From NCBI RefSeq assembly GCF_009914755.1, contig NC_060934.1: a stretch of 64,000 nt of DNA. One strand, given 5' to 3'. Under the pieces are notes generated by a model. That model was not told the DNA's origin. It made no database searches and saw only the letters and a list, made by a program, of their open reading frames with translations. Shown piece after piece: positions 41,051 to 53,679 of this stretch (its first letter is position 1; the number at the start of each line of letters is the position of its first letter). The position numbers and the translations under genes are program-made. This stretch comes from the human T2T-CHM13v2.0 reference genome, Homo sapiens.

Positions 41051-41519
41051 TGCATAGAAGCAATATAGGTCCTGGCCCCACTTTCTCTCAACAAATATGT
41101 ATTATCATATTTTTAAACATAGCTCTTTCAAAACGCCTTTCGTGGTACTGGTAGTGAAGGTACTGAGTTTATTTCTCAAGCACGGGTACAAGATTACCTT
41201 CAAAACAATTTAGCTCTATTTCCAGACCATGTCCACTTCTAATACTATGCTTGCTCCATCTTCTGCCTGCTTCCCAATGATTCTGGGTTTGTTGTTTATG
41301 TAACATGATTATGATTTGTCAGAGAGGATTTGTGGTAGGGGTGTGAACCTTCTATATGAGCATCTGTCTGGCTTGAATCAGAATAGCGAACAACATACAG
41401 ATGGTCTTCCTGGAGTGGTTTATTACATTCATTACCTGAACATCACACAGCAGTTTTCCACAGTTGGCTAACACCACTCATGCTCCCCATCTCTCTAATG
41501 TGTATTACACATGTTCATA

Positions 41520-41819
41520 ATAGCATTCACTGGCCTTAAACTAGTTTTTTTTCAGCGCGTTTTTTTTTTCAAATATTTCCTTGTCCCTGTAAGTGTTCTT
41601 AAAAGTCACTTTCAGTGTTTAATTTTTTACCTTTTTTCACTTGGCCTAGTATAACCATGTTTCACTCTGCTATATAGTCTGTCTAGCCATTAAATGGCTG
41701 CTTGTTATTTCTTCTAATGAATAAACTGTGGCTTACTTCACCATTTTCCTGTTGTTGAACTTCTGAAGCTATTCTAATGGTTTCAGAAATTAAATAATGT
41801 GGGACTGAATATCCTTACT
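41520..41819 (-). mobile_element. L1ME-type 3' fragment
   Basis: accattttcctgttgttgaac..aaataatgtgggactgaatatcctt. Confidence 0.5.
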
Positions 41820-41878
41820 CACCACTGCACTCCAGCCTGGGTGACAGAGCAAGACTCCATCTCAAGAAAAAAAAAAAA
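41820..41878 (+). mobile_element. Alu 3'-terminal fragment
   Basis: caccactgcactccagcctgggtgacagagcaagactccatctca plus poly(A). Confidence 0.93.
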
Positions 41879-43669
41879 GGTCATAAAAGCAATAAGAATT
41901 ACGGGGGAAAATGGGATTAGTGGCCTGACACTCAAAAACTTCATTAGTGGTTGGGGGGTGGGGGTGGGAAAGATAGGAGCATTCAAAAAGGATAGTAGCA
42001 CAGTTTTGCATATATAAAATAGTTAAGAAATACATAATCCTTAATAAATGTGACACTTTAAGAGAGCTGAAGTTTGCTTGTGGAAGCAGTCACTTGAAGG
42101 GTGTAGCTTGTGAGTAAAGTAGTAGAAGGAGTGTTGTCTGAAATCAGACAGAAAGTTATTACACCAGATGTGCATGAATGTGGCTCAAAACACACCTGCA
42201 GTGAACTGAGGTAGCTTATAGGTGTTGGAGGTGTATGCATGTATGCTTGTTTTGTATATTTCTACAGAGTCTGTTCAGCTTGGTGAAGCTTTCTAAGTTC
42301 ACGTAGTATTTCACATGAACAAAAATATGCATAGGCAAACACAAAATTTGTGTTGTGCTCAAATCAGTCCCTAGTATATCAGTTATTAGAAGAAATTCAT
42401 GTTTTTAAAATATAATATTATCACAGAAATGACTGCATATACTTCATCCTCAGAATATATATATACACACACTGCATTGGATGGAGCATGGGCCTGACAA
42501 AACATTCTCAAGTGAGCCTGCTTTTCTTATGCAATTAACCAATACCCATTTTAAGAAAGCCAGCATTGTTTACTTTTCAAGAAGTAGATGGGATTAATGA
42601 ATCACTAATTTCAGATTTGATTAAGTTGACTTGGTTGGAATCAGTTAGAGACCAGATAAATTGTAACGCCATCTATTTTTAATTTTGAATCTCTTTGATT
42701 AAGGCAAATTTATTTTGCAAATTAGATTTTATTCCACATTATGTAAAATTGACGCCCTTTCCAAGATGGTACTTATGTCACTGAAGTGGGGCAAAGTCTG
42801 AAAAGAAATACATTGGGTAGGAACCATCCTGAGCATTATATTTTTCTTCAAGGGTTCAATACCAGCTCGACAGCCATGTGTTTAAAACCAATTGTCAGGA
42901 GCCAAATCTCAGAGTGGCCAGTGCTCTATGAGACCCCCAGTCCTGATCCAAATTTTCTCATCTGAAGTTCCCTCTCCCACACTCATTTTAGAAATGGGAT
43001 GTTCTTACTGAACAGCTACCTTTTTTAAATTATTATTATTATTTCTGGCTACATTATTTGTCTATGATTTTATTTATCCAGGGTTTTCTTATTTTTTAAT
43101 TATAGTATATAATATATACATAGTTGAAATAGCAAATTGTATTTATGGGTTTATCAGCCGTGACAATAACAACAGAAACATGGAGAAAAATAAAATACTG
43201 CATTGTGACTTCACCCTCTCCCACCAGAACAGAATCTTTCTATCATCATTCTCGCCAATCCCCTAGGCAACAGCGGAGGTATGCTGGGAGATTTCCATAT
43301 AAGGGTGGGTCTTACTTAAGCTATTAAATAGAGAGGGAGGAACAGGAGCAATAGTCTTTATCTGGAATAAGCAGCACTGCACATATTATTTTTTCCCTCC
43401 TCGTTTCATTCCTGGAGCCAGCCTGAGACAAATACACAGCAGAGCCTGCACAGTCCCTACCCCTCACTCTTGGTTTCACTTCCCTGCCCACCAACCCATG
43501 TGCCTGCTACCTTTCTTCATATACCTCACAAATCCCTTGTGCCTTAGCCCCACTTCTGTCCTGCTAAGCTTTTAATATTCTGTTTCCCCTCATTTTCTGT
43601 ATCTCAGCCTTGTCTCAAGTCTTGACACCAAGAAGTGAATGACTGTTAACAACTGTGTTAGAGATAGGA

Positions 43670-43870
43670 TTGCTTAGTGGTTAGCCCAGGACACTTGGGT
43701 TTCTGTCCGATCTTTGCAATTTTACTATGGCCTTGGGGAAGTTACTTCACTTTTCTGAGCTTCAGTTACACCATATCCAAAATTAATAAAATAACATTTC
43801 GTGATTGCTTTGAGCATAAAATAAGCGATGTCAAAACCTGGCATATAATAAGTATAGAACAAATACTTTC
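43670..43870 (+). mobile_element. MIR
   Basis: ccttggggaagttacttcacttttctgagcttcagtt..cctggcatataataagt. Confidence 0.75.
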
Positions 43871-43940
43871 ACATCCCTTGTAATTACATTCTTTGGCAAA
43901 GAAGAAACACTAAGAATTTAGGTATTAAAAGGTTAATCCT

Positions 43941-44225
43941 GGCCAGGCACAGTGGCTCACGCCTATAATCCCAGCACTTTGGGAGGCCGAGGCGGGCGGA
44001 TCACCTGAGGTCAGGAGTTTGAGACAAGACTGGCCAACATGGCAAAACCCCGTCTCTACTAAAAATACAAAAATTAGCTGGGCATGATGGTGGGCACCTG
44101 TAATCTCAGCTACTTGGGAGGCTGAGGCAGGAAGAATTGCTTGAACCTGGGAAGGCAGAGGTTGCAGTGAGCCGAGATTGTATCATTGCACTCCAGCCTG
44201 GGTGACAGAGCGAGACTCTGTCTCG

Positions 44226-44252
<27 letters not shown>
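43941..44252 (+). mobile_element. AluSx/Sz, full length
   Basis: Dimeric Alu with A/(GAAAA)n tail; TSD aaaaggttaatcct (43927-43940) / aaaaggttagtcct (44253-44266). Confidence 0.97.
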
Positions 44253-44257
<5 letters not shown>

Positions 44258-44399
44258 GTTAGTCCTACCCTCTGTAATACAAGTATGTCTCAAGGACAAA
44301 GGAAAAAGTTAATTGATGGTTGGGACAGGTTCCAAGACCTTTGCTTTAAAGATTTCAGGTAGTCTTTCAGATAAGATGTGATGTGGCCCATACATAAAC

Positions 44400-44645
44400 C
44401 CTGAGACTGATTCAAAAAGACACAAAATCCTGACTCTGCTCTTATTAGTTGCCTGGGACAAGTTACTTAGTCTTTCTATGCTTTGCCTGTAAAATAGTGA
44501 CGATAAAAATACCTATTTCATGTTGTGTGTGTGTGTGTGTGTGTGTACATGCCTAAATGTATGTTGTAGATAATTAAATAATGTATTTAAAGTCCTTAGG
44601 CCAGAGTCTGGTATGTATCAATACGTATTTTCATATTTATTATTT
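44400..44645 (+). mobile_element. MIR containing (TG)n at 44524-44546
   Basis: aatcctgactctgc..ggacaagttactta..ctgtaaaatagtga..atacctatttca. Confidence 0.75.
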
Positions 44646-46500
44646 TGATGATGATGATAAAGATAATGATATCATGAAGCATAAAAAATTACCAAGACTT
44701 CAAACAGGCTTAAGATGTCTTGAAAACATCATGAAAGAGCCTATTTCTGCAACTGCTGTAGACGTTTAACCAGACCATTAATATTGATGTATAACATGCT
44801 GTGTGAATTTATTTCTCTGTCCAAGGATAACCAGATCCATCAACTGTCAACACAACATTAAATGCTTTGAAAGGTTGTCAGAATAATTCTCTGAGTAAAA
44901 TGCTTACTGAACTTTCTTTCATTTTAGTGCTTCAGGTAGTAACGGCGCCAACATAAATTTAGTCATGGATAACTTCAAATATTTACGATGGTCCCCTGAG
45001 ACACCACCTGAAATGAAGTCTCAGGTAAATGACATTATAGAGGACAAAAATGTTAACTGTTTACAATAGCTTTTTAAAAAGCAGTTAATCTTTAAGGAAG
45101 GCACAGGGAATATTTCCAAAGCAGACTGATTATTGGAGTAGATAAATACTAATTGCAAATAAAAACTAGAGATTTTTTTCTGTCCACCTTCAGGATCCTG
45201 TGTTTCCTGCACAGTCCACAAAGCACGATGTTGAGTCACCTGCTCTCAGAGTCCATGACAGGTCTGTACAAAACCCCTAACAGATAAATCAAGCCCAACC
45301 TCCCTGTCTTGTGGATTATTTGAGAATAGAACTGGAAAAATATGTCAATAGGATAAATACATTGCATTTAAATCATTCTCTCCACCTTAACTAAATAAGT
45401 GTTTTGCCTACTAAATATATCTGTTAAATAGATTGAATTATTTGTTTCCTAAGTTGACTTTCTAAATTATATTTTTCTCCTCATGAAAATATATATGCAA
45501 ATTGGGCAATTATTTATGTTGAATATTCTCTTCACATACCTGGCACATTCTCAAACCTCAGAGAAAATCTTCCATTTGAGGTAATGTTCTAGCCTCTGTG
45601 CCTAGAGATACAATTCCCTTATCTGTTACCACCCAATTCTCTGCCTGGCCTAGAGGCAGACATCATCTGTTGTAGAACAATCCATATGTAGGTCTTAGAG
45701 CTATATTAGCCCTGTTCACACATAATATTTCCCATAGATAGCATTATGTTTTCATTATGACTTTATTTACTTCTAGAAAATAAAAGCATACATACAAAAC
45801 ATCATTATGTGATGTACAAACTTAATATTGTAGTACAAATAATAACTTGGAAACTTATCTGCTTCTTCTCAGCAGGTAAGCAATACTAGTCCAATGCCAA
45901 CAAGCCACTTGTTCCTCCCAGCACAAATTTTAACCACCTTCCACCCTGTATTAGTCTGTTCTCACATTGCTATAAAGAACTACCTGAGACTGGGTAATTT
46001 ATAAAGAAAAGAGGTTTAACTGACTCACAGTTCTGCAGGATATACATGAAGCATGGCTGAGGAAACCTCAGGAAATTTACAATCATGGTGGAATGCAAAG
46101 GGCATGTCTTACATGGCCAGAGTAGGAGGCAGAAAGATCAGGGGGAAATACTACACCCTTTTAAAGAAACAGATCTTGTGAGAACTCACTCACTATCATG
46201 AAAACGGCAAGGGGGGGATATCTGTCCCCATGATCTAATCACCCGCCACCAGGCCACTGCTCCAACATTGGGGATTATAATTCTACATGATATTTGGGTG
46301 GAGACACAACTCCAAACCATGTCTTTCTGTCCCGAGCCCCTTCCAAATCTCATGTCTTTTTCACATGTCAAAATATAATCATTCTTTCTCAACGGTTCCC
46401 CAAAGTTTTAACTCATTCCAGCATTAACTCAAAAGTCCAAAATGTCACCTGAGACAAAGCTAGTCCGTTTCCCCTGTGAACCTATAAAATAAAAAACAAG

Positions 46501-46845
<345 letters not shown>

Positions 46846-47353
46846 CTAGAGGCATGGGGTAAATACTCCCTTTCCAAAAGGGAGAAATTGGCCAAAACAA
46901 AGGGGCTACAGGGCCCATATAATTCCAAAATCCAGCAGGGCAGTCATTAAATAAAGCTCCAAAATAATCTCCTTTAAGTCCGTGTCTCACACAGGCCACA
47001 GTGACACAAGGGTTGGGCTCCCAAGGCTTTGAACAGCTCTGCTGCTGTGGCTCTTCGGGGTACAGCCCCTGAGGCTGCTTTCACAGGCTGGCATTGAGTG
47101 TCTGTGGCTTTTCCAGGTGCATGGTGCAAGTTGTCAGTGTATCTACCATTCTGGGGTCTGGAGGACAGTGGCCTTCTTCTCACAGCCCCACTAGGCAGCC
47201 TAATAGTGGGAGCTCTGTGTGGGGGCTCCAACCCACATTTCCCCTCTGCACTGCCCTAGTAGAGGTTCTACATGACAGCTTCACCCCTGCAGCAGCTTCT
47301 GCCTGGATATTCAGCTGTTTACATTCATCCACTGAAATCTAGTCAGTGGCTCC

Positions 47354-49344
47354 TCATATGGTTTGGCTGTGTCTCCCACTTAAGTCTCATCTTGAATCTT
47401 TTTCTTTATAAATTACCCAGTTTCAGGTATGTCTTCATCAGCAGTGTGAAAATGGGCTAATAGAGTAAGTTGGTACCAGTAGAGTGGGGCACTGCTGTAA
47501 AGATTCCCAAAAATGTGGAAGTGACTTTGGATCTGTGTAACAGGCAGAGGTTGGAACAGTTTGGAGGGCTCAGAAGAAGACGGGAACATGTGGGAAAGCT
47601 GGGAACTTGTTGAATGGCTTTGACTGAAATGCTGATAATGATATGAACAATGAAATCCAGGTTGAGGTGGTCTCAGATGGTGATGAGGAATTTGTTGGGA
47701 ACTGAAGTAAAGGTGACTCTTGCTATGCAAAGAGACTGATGGTATTTTGCCCCACCCTAGAGATCTATGGAACTTTGAACTAGAGGGAGTTGATTTAGGG
47801 TATCTGGCAAAAGAACATTCTAAGCAGCAAAGCATTCAAGAGGTGACTTGGGTGCTGTTAAAAGCATTCAGTTATAAAAGGGAAACAGCATAAAATTTCA
47901 AAAAATTTGTAGCCTGAAAATGCAATTATAAAAGAAAAAAAAATTTCCTGAGTAAAAATTCAAGCCAGCTGCAGAAATTTGCATAAATAACAAGGAGCCA
48001 AATGTTAATGACCAAGAAAATAGGAAAGATGTCTCCAGCGCATGTCAGAGACCATTGCCATAGGCCCTCCTATCACAGGCCTGGAGGCCTAGGAGAAAAA
48101 ATGGTCTCATGGGCGTGGCCCAGGGCCCCCCTGCTGTGTGCAGCCTAGGGACTTCGTTCCTTGAGTTCCAGCCACTCTAGCCATGGCTAAAAGAGGCCAA
48201 GGTACAACTCAGGCTTGGCTTCAGAGGTTGCTAGCCTCAAGCCTTGGCAGCTCCCATGTGCTGTTGAGCCTGCAGGTACACAGAAGTCAAGAACTGAGGT
48301 TTGAGAACCCATCCTAGACTTCAGAGGATGTATGAAAAAGCCTGGATGTCCAGGCAGAAGTTTGCTGCAGGAGCAGGGCCCTCATGGAGAACCTCTGCTA
48401 GGCAGTGTGGAAGGAAAATATGGGGTCAGAGCCTCCACACAGAGTCTCCACTGGGACAGTGCCTAGTGGAGCTGTGAGAAGAAGGCCGCCATCCTATAAA
48501 CCCCAGAATCATAGATCCACTGACAGATTGCACTGTGTGCCTGGAAAAGCCACAGACACTCAATGCCAGCCCATGAAAGAAGCTGGGAAGGAGGCTGTAC
48601 CCTGAAAAGACACAGGGCCAAAGGCCCAAGTCCATTGGAACCCATCTCTTACATCAGTGTGATCTGGATGTAAGACATGGAGTCAAAGGAGATCATTTGG
48701 GAGCTTTAAGATTTGTCTGCTCTTGATTTTGGAGTTGCATGTAACCTTTAGCCCCAGGTTTGGCCAATTTCTCCCATTTGGAATGGGTGTATTTATCCAA
48801 TGCCTGTACCACCATTGTGTCTAGGAAATAACTAACTTGCTTTTGATTTTACAGGCTCACAGGGAGAAGGGACTTGCCTTGTCTCAGATGAGACCTTGGA
48901 CTGTAGACTTTTGAGTTAATGCTGAAGGAATGATTGGTTTTGAAATATGAGGACATGAGATTCGGGAGGGGCCAAAGGCAGAATGATATGGTTTGGCTAT
49001 GTCCCCACCCAAATCTCATCTTAAATTGCAGCTCTCTTAATTCCCATGTGTTTTAGGAGGGACCCAGTGGGAGATAATTGAATCATGGGGGTGGTTCCCC
49101 TCACACTGTTCTCATGGTAGTGAATAAGTCTCATGAGATCTGATGGTTTTACAAGGGGAAACCTCTTTCACTTGGCTCTCATTCTCTCTTGTTTGCTGTC
49201 ATGTAAGACATGCTTTCACCTTCTGCCATGATTGTGAAGCCTCCCCAGCCACATGGAACTGTGAGTCCATTAAATATCTTTTTCTTTAAAAATTACCCAG
49301 TCTTGGGTATGTCTTTACCAGCAGTATGAAAACAAACTACTACA
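47354..49344 (+). mobile_element. THE1D provirus (internally deleted 5' LTR 47354-47464, THE1-int, 3' LTR 48984-49344)
   Basis: atatggtttggctgtgtc LTR starts; ttggtaccagtagagtgggg internal start; purine tract before the 3' LTR; TSD gctcc/gatcc. Confidence 0.93.
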
Positions 49345-50867
49345 GATCCCAAGCTACAACTCTTGCCTTCTCTCTACCCACAGGCCTAACACTATGTGGA
49401 AGCCACCTAAGCTTTTGCCTTGCACCCTCTGAAGCAACAGCTCAAGCTATACATTGGTCCCTTTTAGCCACTGCTGGAGCTGGAACAGCCATGATAGAGG
49501 GTGCCATGTCCTGATGCTGCACAGAGCAGTGGGCCCTGGGCCTGGCCCATGAAACTGTTCTTCCCTCCTCGCTCTCTGGGCCTGTGATGGAAGGGCCTGC
49601 CACGAAGGTCTCTGAAATGCCTTCAAGGCATTTTTCCCATTATCTTAGTTGTCAACATTTGGCTCCTCATCACTTGTGCAAATTTCTGCAGCTTTCTAGA
49701 ATTCCTCCCCACAAAATGGGTTTTCTTTTCTCCCATATGACCAGGCTGCACATTTTTCAAACTTGTATGCTCTGCTTCCCTTTTAAAAATAAGTTTCAAT
49801 TTTATATCATTTTTGACTTACAAATTTGAGCATAGGATGCTAGAAGCACCCAGGCCACATCTTGATTGTATTGCTGCTTAGAAATTTCTTCCTTCAGATA
49901 CTCTAAATCATCTCTCTCAAGTTCAAAGTTCCACAGATCTGTAGCATGGAAGCACAATGCCTCCAACCTCTTTGCTAATGCATAACAAAGTGGCCTCTGC
50001 TCCAGTTCCCAGTAAGTTCTTCATCTTCATCTAAAACCACCTTAGCATGGATTTCATTGTGCATATCACTATCAGCACTTTAATTACAACAAATTAACAA
50101 GTCTCTAAGAAATTCCAAACTTTCTCTCATCTCCTTTCTTCTTCTGAGCTCTCCAAACTGTTCAAACCTCTGCCCATTATCCAGTTCCAAAGCTGCATCT
50201 ACATTTTCAGGTATCTTTAGAGCAATGCCCCACTATCTGTACCAATTTAGTTTATTCTCACATTGCTATAAAGATACCTGAGATTGGGTCATTTAAAATG
50301 AAAATATGTCTAATTGACTCCTAGTTTTTCAGGCTGTACAGGAAGCATGGCTGGGGGGCCCCAGGAAACTTACAATCATAATAGAAGGCAAAGGGCTCAT
50401 CTTATATGGCAGAGCAGGAGGAATAGAGAATAGGGGGAGGTGGCACACACTTTTAAACCACCAGATATCATGAGAACTCACTCGCTCTCATGAGAACAGC
50501 AAGGGAGGAATCCACCCCCATAATCTAATCACCTTCCAACAGGCCCATCCTCCAACCTTGGGGATTACAATATGACAAGATATTTGGGTCAGGACAAAAA
50601 CCCAAACCATATCATACCCCATCTGCCTTTGTAGGTTAGTAGAGGGGTAATAGGGAAAGGAGGCAACACCACATCCATGAACTGAGAACTGACAACCTTG
50701 ACAATAGTTATCTATTGTCTTGGTTAGCATCATAAGATGTTTTGTGTGGACAAAAAGGATTTGATGTTTGAGATACAAAAGGGAAGCATTAAACAAAAGT
50801 GGTATTTAGCACCCAGACTGAGACTCATGCGGGTTCTCTGTAATGATAATACTACAGGTTGACCAGT

Positions 50868-51193
50868 GGCTACAAGTCAGAGATCAAGCTGAAGCAGTGT
50901 TGGTTTCTTTTGAAGGCTGTGAGTAAAGGATCTGTTTCAGGCCTCTTCCTTGGCTTGCAGAGGTCTGTCTTCTCACCGGGTCTCTTCATTTTGTCTTTTT
51001 TTTCTGTGTGTGTCTCTCTGTCTGAATTCTCCTTTTTTATGTATACCAGTCATGTTGGCTTGTGGTTCATTTTAATGACCTCACCTTGACTTCCTCTGTA
51101 AAGATACTGTCTCCAAAGGTCACACTCTTAGGTACTTAAGAGTTAGCACATCAGCATATGAATTTTACAAGGGACACAATTCAAACCATAAAA
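50868..51193 (-). mobile_element. MLT1B-like LTR fragment
   Basis: ctacaagtcagagatcaag..accagtcatgttgg..taatgacctca..gggacacaattcaaaccata. Confidence 0.82.
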
Positions 51194-51219
51194 CATGTAC
51201 AGGAGCATTCATCACATAA

Positions 51220-51460
51220 TTGTTGTGAGTGTTGTCAGCTAATACTCCACAGGAGCCTCCTACCTCTGAGAACTGCTTTCAACCAGAAGCTGCTTTGCCT
51301 GCATATTTATTCTCTATCACTGAGAGATTAGTAGGCCACAGATAAATATTGGCTGACTTGTGGGTATAAAAGTCCTGCCTCCTTCCTCCAGATTGGGCCA
51401 ATAGTGTTATACAATTAAGGCTCCAGAGTGTCCCAAGGATTCTGGCTGTGATTTTGCAGA
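51220..51460 (+). mobile_element. Probable ERVL LTR16-type fragment
   Basis: tctgagaactgc..ggtataaaagtcctgcctccttcctccag..gctccagag. Confidence 0.45.
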
Positions 51461-51767
51461 ATCATTAAGGATTTTGTAAATTCAATTCATCATACCAGAT
51501 TGCAAGCTCCTTCCATCTTGTATATGATTATAAACTTCTATAATAATTAGCAGCATTTGTAATTAATGATTAGCTTTGTCCATACATTAGCGCTTGTAAC
51601 ACAGCACAAGTGCATCCTTGATAAATACACATTTGGAAAAAGATCTTGCTAAGCTGGGGCTCAGCATCATTTACACAAAACACATTATGTACCCATATAG
51701 AAAGAGTAACAGATAAATGACAGTGCTGACTTTTATGTGATGTAAATGATCTTCTAGGCACTAAATG

Positions 51768-51935
51768 ATGTGTGTATGTATTACATATGTGTATATATAT
51801 TTTTACGTCTTACATGTGTGTATAAATATACATTGTGTGTATATATATCACACACATATATGTATGCATGTATGTTTATATGTAAGGTTTAAATATATAC
51901 TTAAATATATAATGAGCTTTAAATACATATTTAAA
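51768..51935. repeat. (TA/TG)-rich low-complexity tract
   Basis: Directly visible. Confidence 0.8.
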
Positions 51936-52334
51936 TAAAATAATAGTCTTCAACATGAATTTTAATCTTCATTAACTCAGGTTTTGAAAACAAATGACAT
52001 ACTAGTTTATTAAATAAAATAATAAACATTTAAATTTTGGAAAAATAAGAATTATGAAATACATTTAAAAGGCACAATAACCACAATCTGTGTAATAAAA
52101 TGCTACCAAAAATAATTCCATAATGAGAATGCTTTAGTGAACTAATTCTGAAAATTTGTCATTACCATATTTACTGTTGGAATGAAAATAATGTTCCCAG
52201 AGAGACTTAAAAAAGCATATCTTTTTAAGTAATGTAAATTTTTCTTAATATACTTGCCTGCATTATTGCTTCTAGGATTTGTTCTTGGCAATGTGTTTTT
52301 ACATTTGGGTTGGACTTCTAAAAGCAGATTATCA

Positions 52335-53679
52335 GAGGATTTCTGATTCTGGCAAAGATGGAGTGGTCATTTTTATTTAGCCCAACTAAAAACTCTGGAC
52401 ATAACATAATAAACAAGCTTTGGAAGAGTATTGAAGATGGATTGCCTCAAGTACTCAGTACTTGAACAACATGGTAATGAGTATCCTCAGTTTTCTTACT
52501 TCCTCCCATATATCTTGGGCAGGATATTGCATAAGCCTTTAACCTGTAATGGCCAACAGGCATGGAAAAAAAAATTATCCAAGAAAAGCCTGTCTCCTTT
52601 AGCCAAAATAACAGAAAATGGGTAACCTAAGGAGGAAAAAAAATCCCAATACACAACCTACTCCAGGCAAACACCACAGAAATCCCAATCGCATACCACT
52701 CCCACAGTTTCACTCGGGCCAACTGGGAGCTGACCTTCTACCCTACCACTAGAGAAGCATCCTGTAGAAGCAGGCAGTGATGCTCCAAATCTTCTGCCTA
52801 GTGATGTCTGCAGGACTGAATAGGGAGTTGACCATCAATTCTTTATTTATTTAGAGAAGGAATGCTCCAAATCTCATGCTCCAGTAGTGTCACTGGGTCA
52901 CAGTAGGGAGCGGATCATCATCCTTTATCTGGTGGAAGCCAGATACTCTAGAACATACTCTGATTATCCTTCCAGGGTAGAATTAGTGGATTCCAGGGGC
53001 AAGCTGACTCTCCACTCCCATCCCCATTTAACAAGGGCCTGGGAAATGAAGTTGGTTAGCACTTTGTTTATTCCCATTCTTCCCCTAATGTCAGTGAGGC
53101 CTAGTGTGGAGCTAAGCGGCAGGCCTCAACTTAAAACAATAAAGTGATGTGATTCAGATATGTTTTCCCTCCTCGTGGTGTCAGAAGGGCACAGTAGGGA
53201 ACTAATATTGGTACACCACTTTTAAAAGGGATGTGGAAGCTGAATTTCTAGCTGATCTATTTGCAAAGGGGCAACACTCCACTTTTTCCAGTTGGAGCAG
53301 GTGGAGGAGGGGATCCAGCAGAAAGCCAAACATACGTGCCCCCTTGCCCTCATGCTACACATCAACAGGGGGAATACAAGATTCAGAATATTGTAATATC
53401 AAAAATGTATAGGGTTCAGTTTTAAAAAGAACTTATCATACTATGGACCAGGAAAATCACAACTTGAATAAGAAAAGATCATGGATAGATATGCCAACAT
53501 TAAAGTGAATTAGATGTTGAAATTGTCTGATAAAGATTTTAAATCCAGCTATTATAAAAATTTTTTAATGTACATTTACCAATTCTCTTGAAACAAATGA
53601 ATAAATAAAACATTTCAACTGAGAAATAAAAGTTATGAAAAAGAACCAAATCGATAATTTAGAACTAAAAATTGCAGTA
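52335..53679 (+). mobile_element. Ancient L1M 5' region with degenerate monomer repeats and ORF1 start
   Basis: ttctggcaaagatggag start; ggaccaggaaaatcacaacttgaat..gatgttgaaattgtctgataaagattttaaa..aattctcttgaaacaaatga. Confidence 0.7.

Noticed and set aside
41949-41968. G-run that might form a G-quadruplex
   Set aside because: Marginal motif with no promoter or CpG-island context
26690-45880. Isolated plus-strand splice-donor-like motifs (~26697, 27257, 30844, 45874)
   Set aside because: No convincing paired acceptor and open frame; the frequency is compatible with chance, though lncRNA exons cannot be excluded
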